From an uncultured candidatus Porisulfidus sp. (GTDB taxonomy: Bacteria; Pseudomonadota; Gammaproteobacteria; Poriferisulfidales; Poriferisulfidaceae), in assembly GCA_965199755.1 (NCBI GenBank), contig CBDASZ010000001.1:416001-480000 (forward strand): a DNA stretch of 64,000 bases, written 5' to 3'. Both the position numbers and the translations under genes were made by a program. The notes under the pieces are model-generated. The model did not search any database and was not told the DNA's origin. It saw nothing but the letters and a program-made list of their open reading frames with translations. Below are positions 1 through 9,510 of the stretch, one piece after another (the first letter of the stretch is position 1; the number at the start of each line of letters is the position of its first letter).

Positions 1-255
1 GCCAAGGGTATCGCGCCAAATGGTCGTTTTGGGAAATTCTGTACGGCACGTTGTGACGAACTAGCGGAAGATCGAATCGTAATTGACAGCATTAAGCGTT
101 TTAAGGGTCTTGACCGCTCGGTTGTGATTCTTGCTGCGACACCTAGTGCAGTGCGCAGTAAAGAATTATCCTATGTTGCGCTTTCACGTGCACGTACTTG
201 TCTGATAATTGTTGGTGGAGAAGAGGAGTTAAACAAACTGAGAACGGGTTCATAG
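1..255 (+). CDS. 3' end of a superfamily-1 (UvrD-like C-terminal domain) helicase; partial, runs in from the left edge
   Basis: Manual frame-1 translation ...VIDSIKRFKGLDRSVVIL...LSYVALSRARTCLII...TGS* contains SF1 helicase motif V (S/T-x-x-x-x-KGL) and motif VI (YVALSRA). Confidence 0.8.
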   Translation, partial: AKGIAPNGRFGKFCTARCDELAEDRIVIDSIKRFKGLDRSVVILAATPSAVRSKELSYVALSRARTCLIIVGGEEELNKLRTGS

Positions 256-305
256 CAAGCCTTTCAGGAGAGATTCTGCTGTATAAATTCCTAATGTGTT
301 GAAGA

Positions 306-351
306 ATGACGCAATGTCATATTAATTCCCCATTTTTAGTTAATGTATAAT
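306..351 (+). promoter_or_regulatory. 15-bp inverted repeat ATGAC-N5-GTCAT (306-320) and TATAAT -10 box (346-351) upstream of the MTase
   Basis: Read directly. The -10 box ends 6 nt before the ATG at 358 and there is no SD. Confidence 0.6.
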
Positions 352-357
352 GCCTGA

Positions 358-1620
358 ATGCAGGTTTTACACCCCCAAACGGACTTCTCCGACTTGCGGA
401 AACGAACAGGGCTTTCTTACGAAGATCTGTCTGAACAGGTCGGTTTTTCTGTTCGCACACTCTATCGCTGGGAGCGAGGTGAGACGAAACCGCGCAAGGC
501 AGCCATCCGAATTCTGGAAGGTATTGTGAGGGACACTCGCCCCGACACGAGAGAGGAGCACACCTTCAGTTTTATTGACCTGTTTGCCGGGATCGGAGGA
601 ATGCGCCGAGCATTTGAACCGCTGGGCGGAAAATGTGTGTTCACATCAGAGTGGAATACATACGCACAGCAAACGTATCAGGCCAATTACCACTGTGACC
701 ATGAGATTGCGGGGGACATCACAAAAATATCGGCAGGCGACATTCCGGGCCATGATTTGCTTTTGGCCGGATTTCCATGCCAGCCATTTTCGATCGCTGG
801 CGTCTCAAAGAAAAACGCACTAAAGCAGCCGCATGGGTTTCGGTGTGAGGCGCAGGGCACATTGTTTTTTGATGTTGCCAGAATCATTGAAGCCCATCAG
901 CCTAGAGCGTTTCTTCTTGAGAATGTGAAGAACCTCGTGAGCCACAATAAAGGCAGAACGTTTGAGTTGATTCATCGAACCCTGGTTGAAGAACTCGGCT
1001 ACCAGATTCACTGGAAGGTTTTGGATGCGCGCTCATGGGTGCCTCAGCACCGGGAGCGAATTTTTATTGCTGGCTTTCGCGAATCCAACGGTTTTACGTT
1101 CGATGATTTCAGGGTTCCTTCAGATCACCCGACCATGCAATCCATATTGCATCCCGAGGATGGCAGCGAGCCGGAAGAAGCCCCATGGACGCAAGGATCA
1201 GAGGCAACTGTTTCTGACAAGTACGTATTATCAGATCATCTGTGGAATTATCTTCAGAACTATGCCGCCAAGCATCGGGCTGCGGGCAACGGATTCGGGT
1301 ACGGCATGGTGGGCCTAGGTGATGTCTCCCGGACCCTTTCAGCGCGTTATTACAAGGACGGATCAGAAATTCTGATTCACAGGGGTAAAAAGAATCCTCG
1401 TCGACTGACCCCCCGGGAATGCGCTCGGCTCATGGGTTTTGATGAGACAGGGGGACGGAGATTCGTTATCCCGGTGTCGGACACGCAGGCATACAGGCAG
1501 TTTGGAAATGCTGTTGTTGTCCCCTGTGTTTCGGCTGTGGCACGTCGGATGCTGCCCTGGATTGTTGCTGCAACCGCAGACAGCAGACATACGCAGACGG
1601 AGCTTCCTCTCGTTGCCTGA
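358..1620 (+). CDS. dcm: DNA (cytosine-5) methyltransferase, Dcm/M.EcoRII-like, with N-terminal XRE HTH
   Basis: Motifs FIDLFAGIGG, GFPCQPFS, LENV, PQHRERIF, TLSARYYKDGSEIL, QAYRQFGNAV; residues about 10-55 form an HTH (LSEQVGFSVRTLYRWERGE). Confidence 0.95.
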   Translation: MQVLHPQTDFSDLRKRTGLSYEDLSEQVGFSVRTLYRWERGETKPRKAAIRILEGIVRDTRPDTREEHTFSFIDLFAGIGGMRRAFEPLGGKCVFTSEWNTYAQQTYQANYHCDHEIAGDITKISAGDIPGHDLLLAGFPCQPFSIAGVSKKNALKQPHGFRCEAQGTLFFDVARIIEAHQPRAFLLENVKNLVSHNKGRTFELIHRTLVEELGYQIHWKVLDARSWVPQHRERIFIAGFRESNGFTFDDFRVPSDHPTMQSILHPEDGSEPEEAPWTQGSEATVSDKYVLSDHLWNYLQNYAAKHRAAGNGFGYGMVGLGDVSRTLSARYYKDGSEILIHRGKKNPRRLTPRECARLMGFDETGGRRFVIPVSDTQAYRQFGNAVVVPCVSAVARRMLPWIVAATADSRHTQTELPLVA

Positions 1621-2065
1621 TATCGTCGACAGCACGACCCGCAGCCGCATGATGGCGGGTATTCGTGGCAAGGATACCCGACCGGAAATAATGATACGGC
1701 GAGGTCTCCATGCGCGGGGATTCAGGTTTCGGGTGCACGACCAGAGGCTTCCGGGGAAACCGGACATGATATTTCCGGGACGCAAGGCAGTTATTTTTGT
1801 CAACGGTTGTTTTTGGCACGGGCATGATTGCCATTTGTTCAAGTGGCCGGACAGCCGTGCGGAGTTCTGGCGACAGAAAATTTCCAGAACCCGCGTCAGG
1901 GATGCAGAAGTACGCAACGCCTTGAATGCTGATGGCTGGAGAGTTCTTGAGGTCTGGGAATGTGCCATGAGAGGGAAGACCCGGCGTCCGTTTGATGAGG
2001 TACTGGGCTTGGCTGATGCGTGGCTACAGTCAGGATCCTGCCGTAGTGAGATCGCTGGGGTATAG
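1613..2065 (+). CDS. vsr: Very-short-patch repair endonuclease
   Basis: DIVD..RSRMMAGIRGKDTRPE, LPGKPD, FVNGCFWHGHDC, GWRVLEVWEC; probable TTG start at 1613 overlapping the dcm stop. Confidence 0.93.
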   Translation: MPDIVDSTTRSRMMAGIRGKDTRPEIMIRRGLHARGFRFRVHDQRLPGKPDMIFPGRKAVIFVNGCFWHGHDCHLFKWPDSRAEFWRQKISRTRVRDAEVRNALNADGWRVLEVWECAMRGKTRRPFDEVLGLADAWLQSGSCRSEIAGV

Positions 2066-2068
2066 AAC

Positions 2069-3289
2069 GTGAGCATGGATCAATTAATATTGTGGTTCGA
2101 CGACTGTTCTAGCGCCGGTTGTCTGTGGTATGTGAAGCGGCTCTCTGGGAACGATACGCTCGCCAATGGGACGCATCAGGCGGGACCATACATCCCCAAG
2201 AACTTCCTTTTTGAAGTGTTCCCTGAGATCAATCAGCGGCGTGCTAAGAATCCCGATGTGTGGGTTATGGCAGCTATAGATTCTGGTGGTGATCAGCGGA
2301 AGATACGGGTTGTTTGGTACAACCAAAAAACGCGCGATGAAACTCGGATGACAAACTTCGGAGGAAAGTCTTCAGAACTTCTGAACCCTGAAAATACTGG
2401 TGCTCTGGCGATATTTTCCTTTTGCAGAGCTGGTTCGGCTTCGACGGTTGAGTGTCGTATCTGGGTTTGTCGGGATGAGGTTGAGGAGAATTTTGTCGAG
2501 GACCGTCTTGGGCCGGTAGAGCCTGGGAATGGCTTTGCCCACACTCCGCATTTACATACAGTAGCTCCACTGTCCGATTTTTCAGTACGCCGTCACCAAA
2601 GTTGCTGGCTCGAGAGGGACCAGTTTCCAGACGGATGGTTTGAGCACTTCCCGAGCGGGCAGGAAATAATCAACAAGGTTATAGAAATGCGCCCGGGCAT
2701 GGACTTTGAGCCCGATCAGAGATTATTGCAGCGCAGAGAGTGTGAATATCAGTTGTTTCAGAGTTTAGAGGAGGCACGTGAACTTCCTGTAATCAAAAGT
2801 GGCTACCATCACGTAGGGCAATTCATAGATCATGCGCAGACTATTCTGCAGCGTCGAAAATCAAGAGCTGGGCGGTCGCTTGAGTTGCATGCTCGATCGA
2901 TCTTTCTCGAAGAAGGTTTGAAGGAAGGTCTGAATTTTTCCTATCAGCAGGTCACAGAAGGAGCAAAGCGCCCAGATTTTCTTTTTCCTTCAATTCATGC
3001 TTACCAAGATATATCCTTTCCAGACGACAAGTTGCGTATACTTGCTGTTAAGACAACGTGCAAGGATCGTTGGCGGCAGGTATTAAACGAGGCGGATCGT
3101 ATTGAGCATATTCATCTCCTTACTCTTCAGGAAGGAGTATCCGAAGGACAGTTTCGTGAAATGTCCGATAAAGGCGTTCAGCTTGTCGTTCCGAGTAAAT
3201 TGCAGGCGAAATTCAAAAGATCAATCCGGCCATACCTTCAGACATTCCAGGAATTCATAGAAGAATTGAAGTCGCTAGGCACGCCATAG
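2069..3289 (+). CDS. EcoRII-like type IIE restriction endonuclease
   Basis: N-terminal effector domain (YVKRLSGNDT..HQAGPYIPK) and catalytic domain (RKSRAGRSLELH, KRPDFLFP, KTTCKDRWRQVLNEADRI); operonic with dcm-vsr. Confidence 0.92.
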   Translation: MSMDQLILWFDDCSSAGCLWYVKRLSGNDTLANGTHQAGPYIPKNFLFEVFPEINQRRAKNPDVWVMAAIDSGGDQRKIRVVWYNQKTRDETRMTNFGGKSSELLNPENTGALAIFSFCRAGSASTVECRIWVCRDEVEENFVEDRLGPVEPGNGFAHTPHLHTVAPLSDFSVRRHQSCWLERDQFPDGWFEHFPSGQEIINKVIEMRPGMDFEPDQRLLQRRECEYQLFQSLEEARELPVIKSGYHHVGQFIDHAQTILQRRKSRAGRSLELHARSIFLEEGLKEGLNFSYQQVTEGAKRPDFLFPSIHAYQDISFPDDKLRILAVKTTCKDRWRQVLNEADRIEHIHLLTLQEGVSEGQFREMSDKGVQLVVPSKLQAKFKRSIRPYLQTFQEFIEELKSLGTP

Positions 3290-3343
3290 ATCGGGGGTGC
3301 GGTTTTGCAGGTATACTGTCACATAATCTTGCAAATAAATTAA

Positions 3344-3676
3344 TGCAAGAAACAACTGATCAAAAAATTAAATGCTGTAGCGGACGAACTGCGCGTCCCG
3401 TCATCTGCCTTGTGCTGGCGTCTGGTTGCCCTAAAAGAAATAGAGCCGTCTGTGGCAGATTCGTTGCCTGAGGCCGCTTTGCGCAACAATGGCCGCAAAT
3501 CTGCGAAAGTGACACCACCTGCGTTGTTTTCCAAGCAATATGCCGAGGTTCTTGGCCAAGCCATCGAAGGAGGGTTTGTCTCTGTGCGGCGTGCAGCCAG
3601 ACTGCTGCACTTCACAATCGATGACTTAATTGACTTTTTTGCGGCTCACGACGTTAAATGTGACATCAGATTATGA
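3344..3676 (+). pseudogene. C-terminal remnant resembling XRE-HTH/ImmA-IrrE metallopeptidase proteins
   Basis: Open frame after a stop at 3341: ..LNAVADELRVPSSALCWRLVAL..ALRNNGR..PPALFS..VSVRRAARLL..DDLIDFF; no HExxH or N-terminal HTH left; family recalled from memory. Confidence 0.55.
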
Positions 3677-3698
3677 ATGTCATAGATCAGAACCAGTT

Positions 3699-4781
3699 TT
3701 AGACGGACCAGATAGCTCCGCTGATGCAAGTTTGTTGACTGCCTGTGATACCACGCAAGTCGATTGCCTCATTGCGAACCCGTTGCCGCGCGAGCCAAGC
3801 GAACAGGCAGCACTCCACCCACTCAGCATCAAGTCCGTAAGTGTCTGTTGGCAGAACTGTAGCTTCCAACAAGTGAGCCAAGCGTTCCATGAGCCACAGG
3901 TTGCGCGCGTTGCCACCACAGACCAAAACCGTATCCACCTCATCGATCGCGTCCGCGATGCTGCGTGCTGTCAACTCCGCCAGTGTCGCCTGAACAACAT
4001 CAGGCGCCGCCGGATGACTGCTGATTAATCCCTCCAGCCAATCCCGGCTGAAATACTCGCGTCCCGTACTTTTGGGCAGGGACTGTGAGAAATATGGATC
4101 TTCCAGCATCGCTTCCAGCAATGCTTCATTCGGAGTCGCGGAACGCGCCCACGCACCGTCGCGGTCAAAGGGCTCGCCTTGATGCAGCAGGCACCATTCG
4201 TCCATGAGCGCACCACCGGGACCGCTGTCGAATCCGGTAGATGGGTCTTCGGCTGGCAGTTGTGTGATATTGGCGATGCCACCGATATTGACGACCGCGC
4301 GGTCTTCAGAAGGAGTGTAGAACAGCACCTGATGTATGAGCGGTGCCAACGGTGCGCCTTCACCGCCTTCGGCCAGGTCCCGTCGCCGGAAATCGCTGAC
4401 TACCGTCACTTTGCACTGGGTGCTGATCAGGTTGGGGTCCAGCAGCTGCAGCGTCAATCTCGGCTGGCCGCCTCCCTGATGCAGCAGGGTTTGCCCGTGG
4501 AGGCCGGCCGCGCTGATGTCGCTTGCGGGCACATCACAGGACTCAAGCAGCGCGCTAATACATTGTGCGAAACACTGACTCAGACCGTGTTCAGCTAGCG
4601 CGAATTCATGCAGGGTGCATGGGTTGCGCGAGAGGGTCAGGAGTTTTTCCCGCAGCAATTCCGGGAACGGAATTGAATAGTGCGCGAGAAGTTCGGGGAG
4701 GGAAGGCGTGAAGTCAAATAATGCGGCATCAATGGAATTCATGCTCGTGCCGCTGAGGGCACCGAGATAGAGTTCGCTCAT
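3699..4781 (-). CDS. anmK: Anhydro-N-acetylmuramic acid kinase
   Basis: LSGTSMNSID, HGQT, DFRRRDLAEGGEGAPLAP, NIGGIAN, PKSTGREYF. Confidence 0.96.
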   Translation of the reverse strand: MSELYLGALSGTSMNSIDAALFDFTPSLPELLAHYSIPFPELLREKLLTLSRNPCTLHEFALAEHGLSQCFAQCISALLESCDVPASDISAAGLHGQTLLHQGGGQPRLTLQLLDPNLISTQCKVTVVSDFRRRDLAEGGEGAPLAPLIHQVLFYTPSEDRAVVNIGGIANITQLPAEDPSTGFDSGPGGALMDEWCLLHQGEPFDRDGAWARSATPNEALLEAMLEDPYFSQSLPKSTGREYFSRDWLEGLISSHPAAPDVVQATLAELTARSIADAIDEVDTVLVCGGNARNLWLMERLAHLLEATVLPTDTYGLDAEWVECCLFAWLARQRVRNEAIDLRGITGSQQTCISGAIWSV

Positions 4782-6181
4782 TGTGCGTCGGCAAGATTGA
4801 CGGCAGTGTTCGTCATCTGATCCAGAATCTTCAGTGCGGCTGCGTTTTCATGCAGGAACCGAAGTTTCTCGACCTCTGTCAGAGATTCGACGGCAGGCAT
4901 GTTTTTGGTGATTTTATGCGGATCTCGATGCACTCCGTTCTCACGCAGTTCATAGTGCAGATGCGGGCCGGTTGACAGCCCGGACGAACCGACATAGCCG
5001 ATGGTTTGTCCTTGCTTGACGTGGCTGCCGACCTTGATGCCGGAGGCGTACTTTGAGAGGTGTGCGTAGACGGTTGTGTAGCGGCTGTCATGGCGGATGA
5101 AGATTACGCGCCCGTAAGCGCCGTCGCGCGCGCGAAAAGTGACTTTGCCATCAGCGGTAGCATAGACCGGGGTGCCGGTAGGTGCGGCGTAGTCGGTTCC
5201 GCGGTGCGGGCGCACTATTTTTAGAACCGGGTGCAGCCGTCGCGGATTGAAGTGTGAGCTGATCCGTCGGTAGTTCACGGGGGAGCGCAGGAATTGCTTG
5301 CGCAGGGCCTTGCCCTCTGGTGTGTAATAGAGCGCTCTGCCGGTTTCATCGGTATGCCACAGCGCGCGGAAGCGTTCTCCGCGATTGACGAACTCCGCGG
5401 CGAGAATATCGCCGTCTCCCACACGTTTGCCTTCCACCCAGTGTTCTTCCCACAGCAGGTGGAAATGATCGCCTCGGCGCAGACCGACGCTGAAATCAAT
5501 GTCCCAGGCAAACACTTTGGCGAGTTTGTCGACCACGCCGGGGTTGAGGCCGGCTTGTGCGCCGTCGACTGACAGACTGTGTGTGATGGTGCCGCTGACC
5601 TGGCGCTGACGAATGTCGACCGGCAGCACGACGCGCTCGACAGTGTAGCGTCCGTCTGCTTCGCGCGAATAATGGATTGTCTCGGTCGGACTGGTATGCA
5701 CGATCAACTGCATCAGTTGCTTGCCGTCATGCCGCAGCTCCAGCACTTGGCCGAGATGCAGGCGATGTAGCGGCTTGGAGTCCGCGCCCAGACGCAGCAA
5801 CTCAGGCAGTGCCGAGAACATGCTGGCCCGTTTCAGGATCAGGGACAAGGTGTCGCCGCGGCGCACGCGCACTTCGCGAGTCTCAAGTTCTTCCTCTGCC
5901 TCAGCCTGATATGTCGGCTCGGTTTGAGCTGCCGGGGGTGGCGCTTCGGAAAGGGGTGTTTCTATATTTTGGGCGGATACGAGTTCAGGGGAGGCGGCTA
6001 TTTCTGTGTTGGCAGTATGTGCTGACGCGTGGCTGGGGTCGAAGTCCGGCAGCAGAACCAAAGAGCCGGCCAGCCCGGCGCAGCCGATGAGGGCGATCAG
6101 CGCGATTTTGCCGGAATGCTTCTCTGTGCGCTTCGCAGGTTGCGACGCCTCAAAGAAGAAAGAGAGTTGCGAGTCAGTCAT
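4778..6181 (-). CDS. M23 murein DD-endopeptidase (MepM-like) with LysM-like region
   Basis: HRGTD, YAHLS and STGPHLHYE motifs; N-terminal TM helix; usual anmK-M23-tyrS synteny; start uncertain (6181 or 6235). Confidence 0.9.
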   Translation of the reverse strand: MTDSQLSFFFEASQPAKRTEKHSGKIALIALIGCAGLAGSLVLLPDFDPSHASAHTANTEIAASPELVSAQNIETPLSEAPPPAAQTEPTYQAEAEEELETREVRVRRGDTLSLILKRASMFSALPELLRLGADSKPLHRLHLGQVLELRHDGKQLMQLIVHTSPTETIHYSREADGRYTVERVVLPVDIRQRQVSGTITHSLSVDGAQAGLNPGVVDKLAKVFAWDIDFSVGLRRGDHFHLLWEEHWVEGKRVGDGDILAAEFVNRGERFRALWHTDETGRALYYTPEGKALRKQFLRSPVNYRRISSHFNPRRLHPVLKIVRPHRGTDYAAPTGTPVYATADGKVTFRARDGAYGRVIFIRHDSRYTTVYAHLSKYASGIKVGSHVKQGQTIGYVGSSGLSTGPHLHYELRENGVHRDPHKITKNMPAVESLTEVEKLRFLHENAAALKILDQMTNTAVNLADAQ

Positions 6182-6397
6182 GCGAGCACAAATGTTTCGG
6201 GTGCGCAAAAACAATAAATATATTAATTGCGGCAAATGGGGAAATAAGATAGGATTGACGCCAGATTCAGCGAGGTGTGAGAAGTTTCGCGCATGTCTGC
6301 GGTACGGGCAGCATGAGGGGGCGATTTACAAGATTTCTCGTTGTTTTCGCTAATTTTTTGGCCTGAAATTCTTTCTGTTTTATTTCTGTGCAATCCA

Positions 6398-7600
6398 ATG
6401 CCTAATTCTAGCATAACTTCCCTGATGCAAGGGGTGCAGCAGGCGTTTAGCGAGGAGGAACTTGGCGAGCGCCTGCAACAGGATCGCCCGCTGCGCGTTA
6501 AGGTGGGCTTTGATCCGACCGCGCCGGATTTGCACCTCGGACATACCGTCCTGATGCACAAAATGCGGCAGTTTCAGGATCTGGGGCATCAGGTTATCTT
6601 TCTGGTGGGTGACTTCACCGGTCGCATCGGCGACCCGTCCGGGCGCAACTCCACGCGCCCGATTCTGAGCGCGGAAGAGCTTCAGACCAACCGCAAGACC
6701 TATCTGGAGCAAGCGTTCAAGATTCTGGATCAGGAACGCACGGAAGTACGCTCCAATGCGGAGTGGATGGATCAGATGAGCCCGGACGATTTGGTGCGTC
6801 TGGCTTCTGAGATGACGGTGGCGCGGATGCTGGAACGCGACGATTTCTCCAAGCGCTACGCGGACAATCAACCGATCGCGGTGCATGAGTTTCTGTACCC
6901 TCTGATTCAGGGCTACGACTCGGTCATGCTGGAGGCGGATGTCGAATTGGGCGGTACCGACCAGACTTTCAATCTGCTGGTCGGGCGTGAGATGCAAAAG
7001 CGCCGTGGCCAGCCGCCGCAAGTCGTTATGACCTTGCCGCTTTTGGAAGGCACCGACGGCGTGCACAAGATGTCGAAGTCCTACGACAATGCGATTGGCA
7101 TTCAGGAGCCTCCTGATGAGATGTTCGGCAAGTTGATGTCGGTGTCAGACGAACTGATGTGGCGGTATTTTGAGTTGCTGAGCCTGCGTCCGAGCGAGGA
7201 GATAGAGGCGTTGCGCCAGCAAGTGGCCCAAGGCGGCAACCCTCGGGATGTGAAGATTGAACTGGCGCATGAACTGGTGCAGCGTTTTCATGGTGATGCC
7301 GCGGCCGAACAGGCGCAAGCGGATTTCGCGACACGTTTTCAGCATCAGCAGATCCCGGAGAATATCGAAGAAGTCGTACTGCATTACGACGAGGACCCCG
7401 CCGTGCCGCAGGTGTTGCTGCAATCAGGCTTGTGTCCCTCGACTTCCGAGGCGCGCCGGATGATTCAGGCGGGGGCAGTGCGGGTGAATGAAAGCAAGAT
7501 CAGTGACATTAAGATGACCTTGCCACTTGATGGCACACCGATTGTGCTGCAAGTCGGACGCCGGCGTATCTGCCAGGTCTCCCTGCATCACAAGGAGTAG
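6398..7600 (+). CDS. tyrS: Tyrosine-tRNA ligase
   Basis: [19 protein letters not shown]-terminal S4 domain; start probably 6398. Confidence 0.97.
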   Translation: MPNSSITSLMQGVQQAFSEEELGERLQQDRPLRVKVGFDPTAPDLHLGHTVLMHKMRQFQDLGHQVIFLVGDFTGRIGDPSGRNSTRPILSAEELQTNRKTYLEQAFKILDQERTEVRSNAEWMDQMSPDDLVRLASEMTVARMLERDDFSKRYADNQPIAVHEFLYPLIQGYDSVMLEADVELGGTDQTFNLLVGREMQKRRGQPPQVVMTLPLLEGTDGVHKMSKSYDNAIGIQEPPDEMFGKLMSVSDELMWRYFELLSLRPSEEIEALRQQVAQGGNPRDVKIELAHELVQRFHGDAAAEQAQADFATRFQHQQIPENIEEVVLHYDEDPAVPQVLLQSGLCPSTSEARRMIQAGAVRVNESKISDIKMTLPLDGTPIVLQVGRRRICQVSLHHKE

Positions 7601-7602
7601 TT

Positions 7603-8514
7603 TTAGAGCGCGGGATCAATCACGAACCACCCGAACAGCACCCAGTATCGATCCAGTAGCAACAGCAGAAACAGTCCCATCAAGTAGATGATCGAATAGC
7701 TGAAGATTGGCATGGCCAGACGGTTGTCGCGCTCGCGCTGCATCTGAATGGTGTAGACCAGAAACACCGAGCCGAGTACTACCGCTCCGATTAGATACAG
7801 GATGCCAGATAAATGGATGACGAAGGGCAGCAGACTGACCGCCAGTAGCAAGGCGGTATACAGGGTGACTTGTAGCCGGGTGTAATTGTCGCCGTGCGTG
7901 ACTGGCAGCATCGGGATGCCCATCTTGGCGTAGTCCTCTTTGCGATGCAGCGCCAGCGCCCAGAAATGCGGCGGTGTCCAGATGAAGATAATCAGAAACA
8001 GCACCATCGCGCCGGGCTCGATGGCACCGGTCACTGTGGTCCAGCCCAATAGCGGAGGAGTGGCCCCGGCCGCGCCGCCGATCACGATGTTCTGCGGGGT
8101 GGCGCGTTTCAGGTAGAGGGTGTAGACCATGGCGTAGCCGGTCAGCGAGCCGAACGTCAGCCATGCGGTCAGTACGTTGACGTAATGATTGAGTATGCCG
8201 AATCCGAGTGAGCCGAGCAGCAGGGCGAACAGCATGGCGCGACGCACACTGAGCACGCCGCGCGGCAGGGGGCGGCCTTGGGTGCGACTCATTTTCGCGT
8301 CGATGTGGCGGTCTGTGACTTGATTGATGGACGCTGCCGCTGCTGCCATCAGCGTGATGCCGATCGTACCGGCGAACATTTTTGCCAGATTCTGCATCAA
8401 GGGGTCGGCCATTACCATGCCGATGAGGGCGGTGAATGTCATTAGCGCGACCACGCGCGGTTTGGTGATCTCCAGATAATCGCGCCACGTCGCGCGCGCG
8501 GTGGAATCATTCAC
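7603..8514 (-). CDS. cyoE: Heme o synthase (protoheme IX farnesyltransferase)
   Basis: TKPRVV, DRHIDAKMSRTQGRPLP, WTPPHFWALA. Confidence 0.96.
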   Translation of the reverse strand: MNDSTARATWRDYLEITKPRVVALMTFTALIGMVMADPLMQNLAKMFAGTIGITLMAAAAASINQVTDRHIDAKMSRTQGRPLPRGVLSVRRAMLFALLLGSLGFGILNHYVNVLTAWLTFGSLTGYAMVYTLYLKRATPQNIVIGGAAGATPPLLGWTTVTGAIEPGAMVLFLIIFIWTPPHFWALALHRKEDYAKMGIPMLPVTHGDNYTRLQVTLYTALLLAVSLLPFVIHLSGILYLIGAVVLGSVFLVYTIQMQRERDNRLAMPIFSYSIIYLMGLFLLLLLDRYWVLFGWFVIDPAL

Positions 8515-9503
8515 GCCTGGGATCGAAAGCGGGCCGTCAGGCGCAAGTGCGTCAGCACAGACAGCAGCAGCAGCGCGGCGACCACGTTATGCGCGGTGGC
8601 GAGCGTGAGCGGCAGTGCGAAGATGACATTGCCGACTCCCAGCGCAACTTGCAAGACCAGCAGGTGCAGCAGCGCCACGGTACATCTGCGCAGCGCCCGG
8701 ATTCGGCTGCGGATGCTGGTGATGGCCAGACCGAGAAGCAGCACGGTTGTGAGCAGCGCGCCGATGCGGTGACTGACGTGAATGGCGGTGCGCGCGGGGC
8801 TGTCGAGGACACCGAATTCATAGTTAATGCCGAGTCCGCGCCACAGCACGAAAGCATCCGCAAAATTCATGCCGTCCGGCCACCACTCTCCGCGGCAGGT
8901 TGGGAAATCCACACAAGCCAGCGCGGCGTAGTTGGTGCTGGTCCAGCCACCCATGAAAATTTGCACGATGAGCATCGCCAGCGCCGCCAGACCCAGACGA
9001 CGCAGGGCGCGCGGCCCGGAATCCGGCACCGACCAGCGCCGATGTCGCATCCATGCCCACCATAACAAGCTCAGGGTTGCGAAGCCGCCGAACAGGTGCG
9101 CGGTGACAATCAGAGGCTTGAGTTGCAAGGTGACAGTCCACATGCCGAGCACGGCCTGCACCCCGACCAGCAGCAGCAGGCCGCTCATCAATCTCGTCAG
9201 GCACCGGTCGCCGCGACCCGCGGCGCACATCACCGTGAGGCCGAGAATTACCAGCCCCAGCGCGCCGGCCAGATAGCGGTGCAGCATCTCGCGCCATGCG
9301 GCACTGGCATCGTATTCGCCACGTGGGTCCAGCGCCTTGGCCGCTTCAATTTCCTGTGTGGTTTCGGGCAGGGAGGCCAGATGCCCGTAGCAGCCCGGCC
9401 AGTCTGGGCAGCCCAGTCCGGCGTCCGTTAGTCGCACCCAGGCACCGAGCACGATGACCAAAATGGTCAGCGTGAGAGAGGTGGCTAACAGGCGTGTGAA
9501 CAT
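8511..9503 (-). CDS. ctaA: Heme A synthase (COX15/CtaA)
   Basis: GAWVRLTDAGLGCPDWPGCYG, EMLHRY, conserved His residues; start at MFTRLL. Confidence 0.93.
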   Translation of the reverse strand: MFTRLLATSLTLTILVIVLGAWVRLTDAGLGCPDWPGCYGHLASLPETTQEIEAAKALDPRGEYDASAAWREMLHRYLAGALGLVILGLTVMCAAGRGDRCLTRLMSGLLLLVGVQAVLGMWTVTLQLKPLIVTAHLFGGFATLSLLWWAWMRHRRWSVPDSGPRALRRLGLAALAMLIVQIFMGGWTSTNYAALACVDFPTCRGEWWPDGMNFADAFVLWRGLGINYEFGVLDSPARTAIHVSHRIGALLTTVLLLGLAITSIRSRIRALRRCTVALLHLLVLQVALGVGNVIFALPLTLATAHNVVAALLLLSVLTHLRLTARFRSQA

Positions 9504-9510
9504 GTCCGGC

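Noticed and set aside
1439-1612. 58-aa N-terminal extension of Vsr in the ORF track
   Set aside because: It overlaps dcm, and Vsr homology starts at PDIVD (TTG 1613)
6160-6181. QLSFF clamp-like motif at the M23 peptidase N-terminus
   Set aside because: The motif is short, the start codon is uncertain and there is no functional rationale for a periplasmic peptidase
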